Shown here one piece after another: positions 1 to 8,039 of a stretch of 28,263 nt of DNA. A program made the translations under genes and the position numbers. The notes beneath the pieces were generated by a model, which was not told the DNA's origin, searched no databases, and was given only the letters and a program-made list of their open reading frames with translations. The stretch covers positions 1-28,263 of IMG/VR virus record IMGVR_UViG_3300044728_000153. One strand, 5' to 3'. The DNA is from a virus. Its lineage: Duplodnaviria; Caudoviricetes. Each line of letters begins with the position of its first letter. The stretch's first letter is position 1.

Positions 1-1138
1 TGCCTGCTGTACCCATCAGGTTAGTAGAGTTAGTAGTCTGTCGCTTTATTGCGCTGCCCCATGCATTAGGAACGGCAGGGGTAGTCTCCTTACCACCAAG
101 ACCAATACCTAATACCACTCCATGAATGTTGGTCTTCTCCCATGTTCCTGTCGTGTCGCCAGGAACAGTTCCAGTCAGCCACTGCCATGTTGCTGCAACA
201 ACTGTGTGTTCTCTGAAGTAGTTACGATCTTGTAGGTTATTAGAAACGCGAACGTAAATAACGCCTGACACCAAAGGATAAAACCAGAAGCCATAAGTCA
301 GTGGTGACGCGCTTGACAAACCCCAATTCAATCGCGCTGCACGATAGCCTTCAATGCTTTGTTGCAAGAACAAATAGTCACCGCTAGTTGCTGCCGTAAA
401 CGCATTGATAGCATTTACCTGAATGCAGTTTTGCAACACAAAGTTGGCAGCAGTAGTGCGCGTTACTGCCGTATTCATTGCACCAGAAGCTTGTGAACTC
501 CAACAAACCCATCCATCACACGGACGGACATTTGTTGCTGGTGCAGTGATGAATTGACCAGTACTACCAACCTCTTGACTAACCTCCATGCTGCCGTTGA
601 TCTGCATGCCGCTGTAGGCGATCGCATCATAAGGCGCAGCGTAGGCGCGCACGGCGTCGACATACTGCTTGGGGGCGGCTTGCAGCGCGACCGCGGGATC
701 GCCGGGCAGCGTCAGCGCGCCGCCCATCGTGTCGCCGGCCTTGTTGACGAACACAGAGCTATCGATCGCCGGCGTAGCGACCGCCTGCACCCACTGCGAG
801 GGGCCGGCGCCGTCGTTATAGCGGATGTAGAGCAGGCCATTGTCGCTATCCCACCACATCGAGCCGTCCGGTGGCGTGACGGGCGGATTATCGCTGATAT
901 AGAGCGACGACTTGGCGTCGACGTATTGCTTGGTGGCGGCTTGCAGAGCCGCAGCGGGGTCGGCCGGCAGCGTGAGCGCGCCAGACATGGTATCGCCGGT
1001 GCGCTTGACGAAGGCGAGCTGGTCCTGCGACTGCGCCACCCAGGCGGTGCCGTCCCAGCGATACTGCGGGACGCCGGCCTGCGGCGGGGTGGGGTGCAGC
1101 TCGCCGACCGCGGGGGCGTTGGGGAAGTTGATGCCCAT
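1..1138 (-). CDS. Tail fibre/receptor-binding protein, paralog B (C-terminal end runs off the window; absent from the ORF track)
   Basis: ATG at 1138, 2 nt after the stop of 1141..2982. Manually translated: MGINFPNAPAVGELHPTPPQAGVPQYRWDGTAW...GDTMSGALTLPADP...TKQYVD...SMWWDSDNGLLYIRYND...AYSGMQINGSMEVSQE...IEGYRAARLNWG...VPGDTTGTWEKTN; the frame is open to base 1. Collinear homology to 1141..2982. Confidence 0.88.
   Translation of the reverse strand, partial: MGINFPNAPAVGELHPTPPQAGVPQYRWDGTAWVAQSQDQLAFVKRTGDTMSGALTLPADPAAALQAATKQYVDAKSSLYISDNPPVTPPDGSMWWDSDNGLLYIRYNDGAGPSQWVQAVATPAIDSSVFVNKAGDTMGGALTLPGDPAVALQAAPKQYVDAVRAYAAPYDAIAYSGMQINGSMEVSQEVGSTGQFITAPATNVRPCDGWVCWSSQASGAMNTAVTRTTAANFVLQNCIQVNAINAFTAATSGDYLFLQQSIEGYRAARLNWGLSSASPLTYGFWFYPLVSGVIYVRVSNNLQDRNYFREHTVVAATWQWLTGTVPGDTTGTWEKTNIHGVVLGIGLGGKETTPAVPNAWGSAIKRQTTNSTNLMGTAG
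653..997 (-). repeat. Two 84-bp intragenic module copies (653-736 and 914-997)
   Basis: They encode GDTMGGALTLPGDPAVALQAAPKQYVDA and GDTMSGALTLPADPAAALQAATKQYVDA. A third, interrupted copy lies at ~2215-2526. Confidence 0.85.
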
Positions 1139-1140
1139 GC

Positions 1141-2982
1141 TCAGAGCCTCGCGTCCGCTGTCCAATGGAATTGAATGAAGTTGCCGGGTAAGGTCAGACT
1201 TATTCCAGAATTATTACCGACGTGAAATCGTGCGTCTCCAGGATTACTAATAAGTCCTGAATTAGCAGCTAAATCATTCCCAGCTCCATCTGAAATCTTC
1301 GTTGCACCCCCATGATAACCATAAATGGTGACAGTAGGTGTTGCTCGCATTTTTATTGGTAAACTAACTGATGCGTATACCTGACCGTGTGGCGCTGGAC
1401 TTGCTATATACCTTGCCTCTAGCCCGCCAGCCGAAGCATCGGCGCCAACGTTAACTCCCGCACTATAACTCTTTTGATAATACCGCTGACACGTCAGCAA
1501 CTCTTGCTCATACGGCCGCATCAGCAGCGGCGACTGCGCGGCGGTGGGCGCCTGAGTGCCGGGGAGGACAACGACACCACCTAAGCGCAAATAGTTTGCA
1601 GCAGAAACGCAAGCGTTAACTTGACCTGCTACTGCTTTATAGTTTCCAGCATTCCATGTGTTCGCAGATGGCGCGAGATACGTCGTCCCAGCAGCCATAG
1701 GAAAAGCTATAACAAGTCCTATGGTATTATCCTTATTCCACGTTCCTGTCGTATCGCCAGGAACAGTGACTGTTTTATATTCCCAAGCACTCGCCACGTT
1801 CTGGGTATAGGTCGCAACGTAGCTGCGAGTACCCGTAGCAGTCTGCACCGAAACACAATACGTGCCGGGAAGAGTATGCGCTGACCAGAACGCAATCGTA
1901 ATCGGAGTGGCTATACTAGTACCCCACCGCAATCGTGACATGCGGTAGCCTTCGATATTCTGGTATATTATTTCCAAATCGGCGGTGGCTAATGACGCAT
2001 GTGCAGCCGTCGTATTCATTGCAACATGTTTTATTACTTCGTTACCAAAAGCGCCGGTCTGTCCCTGTCCATCAGCGAAACCGCCATAAAACCTCCAGCC
2101 GTCACAGATAAAACCCGCCGCGCCAACCACTGCGGTGCCGTGCGCAACTTCCTGACTAACCTCCATGCCGCCGTTGATCTGCATGCCGGAGTAGGCCATC
2201 GCATCGCCGGCGCGGGCGTCGACGTATTGTTTGGTGGCAACGCCGAGCGCAGCAGTGGGATCGGCCCACATACTGACCATTCCTGTCGAACGGTCGATCG
2301 TTATGGGGTCGTCAATTCCAACTCCAACATCGTTGTAACGTGAGATGATGAAGTTAGAACCTACGTTGCCGCCACTCTCAGCTGCCGGGTTGCCAAACGA
2401 CATGCGCCAACGTGTCAGCCCATTCACGCTGCCGATGATTGCCGCACGTTGACCTACCGCGGCTCTATTAAGTGTTATAAATGGATCGACCTTAGCAATG
2501 GTCAGATCGCCGGTCATGGTATCGCCGGCCTTCGCCACAAACGCCGAGGTATCGACCACCGGCATCGCCGTCGCTTGCACCCACTGCGAGCTGTCGCCGT
2601 CGTTGTAGCGGACGTAGAGCATGCCGTTGTCGCTATCCCACCACATGCTGCCGGCGACGGCGTTGGACGGCGGGTCGGCGGCGATGGTCACCTGCGAGGC
2701 GGCCAATTCCCACTGCGCGGCATTGAACGCGCCCGGCCCGTTGGCGACGATCGCCCGCCAGATCTTGTCGGCGTTGGTGACGATGTCGCCGATCGCATAG
2801 ATCGCGGCAATGTCGAAGAAGCGGATCGCTAACAGGGGTTTTGGCGTGCCGAGCGTCGGCGTGGCGGCATCGCCAACCGAGATCTGGCGGTTGGCGGTAT
2901 TGACCGCGATCTCGCCAGGCTCAAGCGTCGGAAACGGTGTCGCCGGCGTGGATGTGCGCCGGTGGCGGTATTGGGATGTCAT
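1141..2982 (-). CDS. Tail fibre/receptor-binding protein, paralog A (Mtd_N-like N-terminus, CBM-like module, ELxxCQRYY motif)
   Basis: 613 aa; GAGGG RBS. N-terminal RHRR...LEPGEIAVNTANRQISVGD resembles the Mtd N-terminal/hyaluronidase-type head. YAIGDIV...W resembles a CBM5/12-like module. TKQYVD and ELLTCQRYY motifs are typical of phage fibres. Confidence 0.8.
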   Translation of the reverse strand: MTSQYRHRRTSTPATPFPTLEPGEIAVNTANRQISVGDAATPTLGTPKPLLAIRFFDIAAIYAIGDIVTNADKIWRAIVANGPGAFNAAQWELAASQVTIAADPPSNAVAGSMWWDSDNGMLYVRYNDGDSSQWVQATAMPVVDTSAFVAKAGDTMTGDLTIAKVDPFITLNRAAVGQRAAIIGSVNGLTRWRMSFGNPAAESGGNVGSNFIISRYNDVGVGIDDPITIDRSTGMVSMWADPTAALGVATKQYVDARAGDAMAYSGMQINGGMEVSQEVAHGTAVVGAAGFICDGWRFYGGFADGQGQTGAFGNEVIKHVAMNTTAAHASLATADLEIIYQNIEGYRMSRLRWGTSIATPITIAFWSAHTLPGTYCVSVQTATGTRSYVATYTQNVASAWEYKTVTVPGDTTGTWNKDNTIGLVIAFPMAAGTTYLAPSANTWNAGNYKAVAGQVNACVSAANYLRLGGVVVLPGTQAPTAAQSPLLMRPYEQELLTCQRYYQKSYSAGVNVGADASAGGLEARYIASPAPHGQVYASVSLPIKMRATPTVTIYGYHGGATKISDGAGNDLAANSGLISNPGDARFHVGNNSGISLTLPGNFIQFHWTADARL

Positions 2983-3039
2983 CTATCCCTCGTAATCAGT
3001 GCGTAATCTCGGCGAACGAGCGCCAGCGCGACAGTACTC

Positions 3040-3468
3040 TCAGAAAGTGCCGCCGTCGATGACCGCGGGCATCGAACTCACCGTCGCCCAGACCATCGAG
3101 CCGCCGGGCGGGCTGGCCATGCGGGCATACTGCGATCCATCATTGGGCGCGTCCGGGAAGGTGCCGCCGGTCAGGCCGATCGGCCCCTGCGGGCCGGTGA
3201 GACCCTGCGGACCTTGCGTTCCCTGGATTCCCTGCGGGCCGGTCGGCCCCATTGGGCCGGGACCGCCGGAGGGGCCGACATTGCCGACCGGACCCTGCGG
3301 GCCGATCGGTCCCTGGATCCCTTGTGGGCCGGGCGGGCCGCCGCCGGTCGCGAACGCGGTCGGAATCACCTTGCCGAGGCCGGAGACGCCGGTGGCGGTG
3401 ACGACTTCGGCCGGATCGGCGTCATCGGTGGTCGGCAGCCACAGGGCAACGCGGGCGTTCTGGGTCAT
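3040..3468 (-). CDS. Collagen-like (Gly-X-Y) virion/tail protein
   Basis: Long run of G-X-Y triplets ([16 protein letters not shown]...) and a C-terminal IDGGTF. Start placed at ATG 3468, which overlaps the upstream stop (ATGA). Confidence 0.85.
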   Translation of the reverse strand: MTQNARVALWLPTTDDADPAEVVTATGVSGLGKVIPTAFATGGGPPGPQGIQGPIGPQGPVGNVGPSGGPGPMGPTGPQGIQGTQGPQGLTGPQGPIGLTGGTFPDAPNDGSQYARMASPPGGSMVWATVSSMPAVIDGGTF

Positions 3469-4856
3469 GGGATGATGATATCCGAGGCGTGCCAAGTTCC
3501 CCACATGCGGCAGCCAAGTTGAGGTGCCGTTGAGAACGTCAGGTTGGCGCCGGAGCTGGAGAAGTCGACGGCCGGCTCCTGGACGATGCCGTCGATCGAG
3601 ATTGCTACTTCAGCCACCTGCGTGGCGGCGACCGGCTGGTCGCCGAGGGTCGGGTTCGGATAAGTCATGGTGAAGTTCTTATTGGTGCCATCCGGCGCAG
3701 GCGTGATCTTGATCTTGAAGACCGAGATCGCGCCGGGCGCGAGGGCGCTGGCTTCAACTAAGAGATCCCACTGCACCATGCTGTTGGCGGTGGCGCCGAC
3801 CGCGAGCGTGAGGCTGTTGGTGGCTTTATCGACCGTGTAATCGGTGCCGCCGACCAATCGGATGCCGTTGAGATGCACGTCGGTGTCGTTATCAGACAGG
3901 AGAGGGATGTTGCCGTGATAATCTGCGCCGGTGAAGACCTTCTGCCCGGCGGTGGCGACGTAGACGTAATTGGACTGGTAGGCCGGCGTCAGTTTGATGG
4001 GACTGACCCACTGCGTGCCGTCCCAAATGTACAATTGGTTGACATCGGTGTTGTAGTAGAAGCTGCCGGGCAATAACGGGCTTGGCGTGGTTAAACCGGT
4101 CTCAGGATTGGTACTGCCCGGCATCGGCGGCTGCGCCCAGGCGCCGAGATAGTAGAAATTCCAGTGGCCAACCAGCTGCTGGGCGTAAAGCGCCCACCAC
4201 TTGGCGCTCCAGAGGCCGGCGAGGCCACCCTCGACCGGCTGATAGTACAGTCCGTGGCCAAACGGGTGGTTTTGGATGTAGGCCGGCGCGTCGTTGGGGT
4301 TCACCACCGGCCCGGCGAGGTATTCGGCCCACTGCGTGGCTTCATTCTTCGCCGCGATCGCGTTATCGGCCTGGGCGTGGCTGTAATTGGCGTCGTTCTT
4401 GGCATCGATCGCGGCGGATTCGGCGCGATCGGCGGCATTTTCCGCGTCGGAGGCGCTGTCGAGCGCGTTGATGTTGCCGTGCGAGATGGCGCTGAGCATT
4501 TTCGCCGCCGAGACGGCCGCAGCCTCGGCGTCACGAGCGCGTAAATCGATATCGCGCGCGGCCGCGATCACCTGCGCGGCCGATTGCGCGGAATTATCCG
4601 CTGCAAGCGTCGCGCGACGCTCGACGCTGTCGATTTCGGTGCGACTGTGCTTTAATTCGGTCTGCAATTGCTCGCGGCCGACGCTGTTGCTCTTCAATTT
4701 TCCGTCGTCGCGGCGGATATCCTCCAACGCCAGTTGCGTGGAATGGATCGCTTCGATCAAATTGTGGATCTGCGCGTCCAACAGGTCGGCCTGGACCAGG
4801 CCGCGCGGGCGGTCAGAGAATAAAATTTGCTGCTTGGGCCGGACGATCGCTGGCAT
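3465..4856 (-). CDS. Virion tail protein / fibre adaptor
   Basis: 463 aa. N-terminal [13 protein letters not shown] motif, Ala-rich coiled coil, YIWDGTQW, and beta-rich C-terminal repeats ([28 protein letters not shown]). First gene of the leftward tail cluster. Confidence 0.7.
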   Translation of the reverse strand: MPAIVRPKQQILFSDRPRGLVQADLLDAQIHNLIEAIHSTQLALEDIRRDDGKLKSNSVGREQLQTELKHSRTEIDSVERRATLAADNSAQSAAQVIAAARDIDLRARDAEAAAVSAAKMLSAISHGNINALDSASDAENAADRAESAAIDAKNDANYSHAQADNAIAAKNEATQWAEYLAGPVVNPNDAPAYIQNHPFGHGLYYQPVEGGLAGLWSAKWWALYAQQLVGHWNFYYLGAWAQPPMPGSTNPETGLTTPSPLLPGSFYYNTDVNQLYIWDGTQWVSPIKLTPAYQSNYVYVATAGQKVFTGADYHGNIPLLSDNDTDVHLNGIRLVGGTDYTVDKATNSLTLAVGATANSMVQWDLLVEASALAPGAISVFKIKITPAPDGTNKNFTMTYPNPTLGDQPVAATQVAEVAISIDGIVQEPAVDFSSSGANLTFSTAPQLGCRMWGTWHASDIIIP

Positions 4857-4917
4857 GGCGGCGTTTCCATCGCGGACGATGACAATTATCGCACTGAACC
4901 GCAGAAAGGGAAAGCCA

Positions 4918-5463
4918 ATGATCTCTGCCGAAGCCTTGGCAGCGCTGTCCGGCCTCGAGCATGGCGCGCGCTACAACACGATGCATTCGATCGCCCGTGA
5001 ATTGATCGAGGCCGGCTACGCCTGCGAGGATTGGGGCAACCTTGGCATCACCGAGAGCGGCCGCAGCTATCTGCGGCGCGGGCAATTTCGGATCAAGATC
5101 TCCGGCGACGAGCAAGCCTGCGATCTGTCGGTGCATCAGATGCAGATTCCCGATGCGCCGATCGCGCGCAAGCCGCTGCCGTTCTGGACCAAGGATTCGC
5201 CGGCGCGGCCGCGCAATCGCGGCGAGTGGGATCCGGCGCCGGATACAACGGGCGCTGCGCGGAAGCCACTCGAGCTGGTGGAAGAGGCGCCGGCCGAGCC
5301 GCTGCCGGCCGCAGAGACGCGCATGCAGGCGATGCTGCGGGCCGCGGGCGTGGCATCGGGTGTGACCGGGATCTGGCCGGACGAGCAGTGGGTGCTCGAG
5401 TTCGTGAAGGCGCTGGACGGGGTATTTTCCGAAGCGAAAACGGAGCCGGAAAATACCCTGTAG
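4918..5463 (+). CDS. Hypothetical protein (possible winged-helix N-terminus)
   Basis: ATG at 4918 after AAAGGGAAAG; GC-rich codon usage. ARELIEAGY...GITESGRSYL resembles the end of a winged helix. The 4387 start in the track overlaps a real antisense gene. Confidence 0.65.
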   Translation: MISAEALAALSGLEHGARYNTMHSIARELIEAGYACEDWGNLGITESGRSYLRRGQFRIKISGDEQACDLSVHQMQIPDAPIARKPLPFWTKDSPARPRNRGEWDPAPDTTGAARKPLELVEEAPAEPLPAAETRMQAMLRAAGVASGVTGIWPDEQWVLEFVKALDGVFSEAKTEPENTL

Positions 5464-5468
5464 GGGGT

Positions 5469-5508
5469 ATGGTAATCGCCAAGGAAGATTCTTCGGCGTG
5501 ATTACCAT
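5469..5508. other. Imperfect hairpin immediately after the stop of 4918..5463
   Basis: ATGGTAATC-GCC...GAAG-ATT-CTTC-GGC-GT-GATTACCAT. Confidence 0.5.
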
Positions 5509-5590
5509 GCTCCGAATCGCGAAAATTTTGCCACGCAGCATTGCGGACGCCGGCGCCCAAGCAACCCGGCCCGGCCAGGGGGCAGCACTG

Positions 5591-5707
5591 CTAAGCCATT
5601 GATATCATTGGTCTTTTCACGCTGATGGTTACTCTTAGTAACTAGTGGCGCGCGCCTACCATCTGTTTGGTAAAGAGATGGTAGGCTCAACAATATCAAG
5701 GGCTTAG
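5591..5707. promoter_or_regulatory. Inverted pair of IHF-like sites flanking nested palindromes; candidate packaging/terminus region
   Basis: CTAAGCCATTGATAT (5591-5605) and ATATCAAGGGCTTAG (5693-5707) form a 14/15 inverted repeat, and each matches WATCAANNNNTTR. Internal perfect 11-bp inverted repeat at 5654-5664/5676-5686. Confidence 0.6.
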
Positions 5708-5744
5708 GTCAATGTTGACACTGTCTGGGATGTAATTGGGATGC

Positions 5745-6008
5745 TTATTCGCTCAATCCAGCGATCATGGAATCCAATTCAGCGGCTGTCATGTCTGCCC
5801 CGCGTCGCCCGCTAAGTGTTTGATTATCCTCACGAAAAAACTGCATTAGGGTGCGGCACGCGCTAGCCTTTGCCGCGGCGCTGGCATCGCTGTCATCTAG
5901 GATCGCTAGCAGGGCTTTGCGTACGATTCCCTTAAGAGTGGCTTGCGGCTTGTCTAAATCGGCGAGCGGCTTGTCGTCCGACTCGATTGCCCGCAACTTG
6001 CTCTGCAT
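5745..6008 (-). CDS. Small helical protein, possible terminase small subunit-like
   Basis: 87 aa with C-terminal DMTAAELDSMIAGL, like the LSDEEL-type tails of TerS. Lies beside an HGGxSTG-like gene and IHF-like sites. Confidence 0.5.
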   Translation of the reverse strand: MQSKLRAIESDDKPLADLDKPQATLKGIVRKALLAILDDSDASAAAKASACRTLMQFFREDNQTLSGRRGADMTAAELDSMIAGLSE

Positions 6009-6261
6009 TGCGCTTTGCTTCCCTGATTCGCTTTGCGGCTTGCATCATATTGCCCCCATGCCAGCGGCAGCAATTGACGCCAGACATGGCCAATTGTCCG
6101 CAGGGCTTCCCACTATGCCTTGCAATGGCAACACACCGCATGCGGTTCGCATACGCGGGCTTTATCGCATGCTTGGCCATTGCCGCGCGCCAAGCTGCGT
6201 TTCCCCATTGCGGTTTACGCTTTAAATTATTTTTCAAATTATTTGAATTTAGCTCTTGCAT
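5932..6261 (-). CDS. HGGxSTG-like Cys/His domain protein
   Basis: RCVAIARHSGKPCGQLAMSGVNCCRWHGG fits the RCxA...SGxPC...C..HGG pattern. Start uncertain (6261 or 6180). Confidence 0.6.
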   Translation of the reverse strand: MQELNSNNLKNNLKRKPQWGNAAWRAAMAKHAIKPAYANRMRCVAIARHSGKPCGQLAMSGVNCCRWHGGNMMQAAKRIREAKRNAEQVAGNRVGRQAARRFRQAASHS

Positions 6262-6283
6262 TATGTCCCGATTGGGATATGTT
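6256..6283 (+). promoter_or_regulatory. Putative sigma70 early promoter
   Basis: TTGCAT-16 bp-TATGTT with an AT-rich upstream tract (6221-6250), about 50 nt before the GP88 start. The spacer contains an imperfect palindrome (TGTCCC/GGGATA). Confidence 0.45.
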
Positions 6284-6332
6284 GCGGTTAACCGGAAACG
6301 CCGGCCCACAACGTAACAGAAACGGACATGAC

Positions 6333-7139
6333 ATGAAATATTCCGCTGAAACCATCATTTACAACTTGGATCGGATCGATCCGGCAACGCGTGCCGCAAT
6401 CCTGGCATCGCCGAAATATCTCAAATGGTTTTCACAAAAGCCCGACGCCATGTTGCGCCTCGATGGTTCAACGAAAGTTATCAAGGGAAACAAGTTGGGC
6501 TTTCGAACCGCGATTCTCTATCTCGCCCCTTACACAATGTCGGGCTTCAATGTCTGCCCCATGGCCAAGCTGGCCAAGTGTCATGACGGATGCCTGAATA
6601 CATCCGGACGCGGCGCAATGAAGAGCGTGGCCATGTCACGTTTGCGCAAGACTCTCTTTTTCCTGCAATTCCGCGATGAATGCATTGCGATGGTTAAACA
6701 TGAAGTGGCCAACGCCGAAAAGCACGCGGCCAAGCATGGTTATGTTTTGCTCGTACGCTTGAACGGAACCAGCGACATACGTTGGGAGAATTACGGCATC
6801 ATGCAAGCCTATCCCGGCGTGCAATTCTACGATTACACCAAGCTTGCGAATCGCAAGCATATCCCGGCCAATTATGATTTGACGTTTAGCTATTCTGGCG
6901 TTCCTGAGTTTCAGACTCAAGTCCGGTTAGCTATTGCCGCGGGCATGCGGTTAGCCGTGGTATTCCGCAATCGTGCCATGGTCGAAAGCATGATTGACGC
7001 CGGCGCATCATTCCAAGGGCTTCCTATCGTCGACGGCGACGATACAGACGTCCGGCACATTGACCCGTTGCACAGTGCAGTGGCGCTCTATGCCAAGGGC
7101 TTGGCCAAGCACGATAACAGCGGATTCGTAGTGGGATGA
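6333..7139 (+). CDS. GP88-family phage protein (Cys-rich)
   Basis: 268 aa from ATG 6333. Motifs LYLAP...NVCPMA...C...CLNTSGRG, RLNGTSDIRWE, FYDYTK, YDLTFSYSG, GDDTDVRHID, AKGLAKHDNSGFV. Confidence 0.8.
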   Translation: MKYSAETIIYNLDRIDPATRAAILASPKYLKWFSQKPDAMLRLDGSTKVIKGNKLGFRTAILYLAPYTMSGFNVCPMAKLAKCHDGCLNTSGRGAMKSVAMSRLRKTLFFLQFRDECIAMVKHEVANAEKHAAKHGYVLLVRLNGTSDIRWENYGIMQAYPGVQFYDYTKLANRKHIPANYDLTFSYSGVPEFQTQVRLAIAAGMRLAVVFRNRAMVESMIDAGASFQGLPIVDGDDTDVRHIDPLHSAVALYAKGLAKHDNSGFVVG

Positions 7140-7204
7140 TTGCAGCTTATGCCGCGCGGTTTATCCGCGCGGCATATACGGCAAACATGCCGAAAACAGG
7201 AAAG
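7137..7204 (+). repeat. Intergenic double-hairpin element, copy 1
   Basis: 12-bp stem TATGCCGCGCGG/CCGCGCGGCATA, then CGGCA-AACA-TGCCG, then AAAACAGGAAAG before an ATG. Confidence 0.85.
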
Positions 7205-7212
7205 GACATAAC

Positions 7213-7380
7213 ATGCGAGTCTCTACCACACTAGCAGTCAAGCTTTCACGCGGCGCGCCACATACGACCTGGGACAACTTGCGCGAATGGCTCGACACTA
7301 AAACGTGCGGTGAATTGGATACCGTCCGCCTCGATATCTTAACCGACATGGTTCAATCAATCGTCAAGGCGGAGGTTTAA
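7213..7380 (+). CDS. Small hypothetical early protein (55 aa)
   Basis: MRVSTTLAVKLSRGAPHTTWDNLREWLD...KAEV; AGGAAAGGA RBS; abuts the next ORF. Confidence 0.7.
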   Translation: MRVSTTLAVKLSRGAPHTTWDNLREWLDTKTCGELDTVRLDILTDMVQSIVKAEV

Positions 7381-7381
7381 T

Positions 7382-7564
7382 ATGCGCGACCATACCAGCG
7401 TTTATGTAGTACTCCGCGGCGACCATGGCGGAGAATTGGACCGCCAGCGGATCGATACCCGTGAAGACCAGGATCAAAGCGCCGTCATAAGCAACGCACT
7501 AATCCGCATGATTGGCGAATGGACCCTAAACCCTGGCGATAGCATCGCAATCGAAGAGGTTTGA
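7382..7564 (+). CDS. Small hypothetical early protein (60 aa)
   Basis: GGAGG RBS immediately upstream; tightly packed with neighbours. Confidence 0.75.
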   Translation: MRDHTSVYVVLRGDHGGELDRQRIDTREDQDQSAVISNALIRMIGEWTLNPGDSIAIEEV

Positions 7565-7627
7565 TCGCAGTGCATGCCGCGGGCAATACCCGCGGCATGA
7601 GCGGCAATCATGCCGAAAACAGGAAAG
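7562..7627 (+). repeat. Intergenic double-hairpin element, copy 2
   Basis: 11-bp stem CATGCCGCGGG/CCCGCGGCATG, then CGGCA-ATCA-TGCCG, then AAAACAGGAAAG. Confidence 0.85.
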
Positions 7628-7636
7628 ATCAGAAAC

Positions 7637-7831
7637 ATGGCCTCTTCTATTCATAAGCCCGACGGCGGATTGCAGATTATCTTAGTTGGCAATCCCCGCG
7701 ATGGTTACCGCGCGTTAGGTCCATTTCGAACCCGCGACGCAGTTGAAGAATACATCGCCCGCGAACCCGCGGATTGCGATTCGATGACAGTCATCCCACT
7801 GGAAGCCCAAGCCGAATGGAAAGGACTCTAA
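7637..7831 (+). CDS. Small hypothetical early protein (64 aa)
   Basis: ATG 7637 follows the AGGAAAG of the repeat element; MASSIHKPDGGLQIILVGNPRDGYRALGPF... Confidence 0.7.
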   Translation: MASSIHKPDGGLQIILVGNPRDGYRALGPFRTRDAVEEYIAREPADCDSMTVIPLEAQAEWKGL

Positions 7832-7837
7832 TCATCA

Positions 7838-8017
7838 ATGATCGACATCGCAGTAACCCAAAACGATGACGGGAGCGTGCTAGCGCACGCTCCCGCCTGC
7901 CCAATGGTGCAACGCCATCGCCAGGAAGGACGTCCGATCATGACCATGTTCGGCTGCGACGAACCGCTGCCGGCATACCTCGAGCAGCACGAATGCTTAA
8001 AACCTAACAGGAAATGA
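7838..8017 (+). CDS. Small hypothetical protein (59 aa, His/Cys-containing)
   Basis: MIDIAVTQNDDGSVLAHAPACPMV...HECLKPNRK; AAGGA RBS; fills the gap between neighbours. Confidence 0.6.
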   Translation: MIDIAVTQNDDGSVLAHAPACPMVQRHRQEGRPIMTMFGCDEPLPAYLEQHECLKPNRK

Positions 8018-8039
8018 AAACCCGCAAAGCAGGCAAATC

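Noticed and set aside
1-2982. Classical diversity-generating retroelement (TR/VR pair) acting on the fibre genes
   Set aside because: Both repeats are coding paralogs that differ at many non-adenine positions, and no reverse transcriptase, Avd or non-coding template repeat is in the window. One could still lie beyond base 1.
3170-3345. Tandem DNA repeat element
   Set aside because: Explained by collagen Gly-X-Y coding.
5709-5745. Promoter from TTGACA at ~5715
   Set aside because: No credible -10 box at 16-18 bp and no downstream plus-strand gene.
7137-7627. Mini-CRISPR array or hammerhead ribozyme
   Set aside because: Only two copies, ~425 bp apart and separated by ORFs; no CUGANGA hammerhead core.
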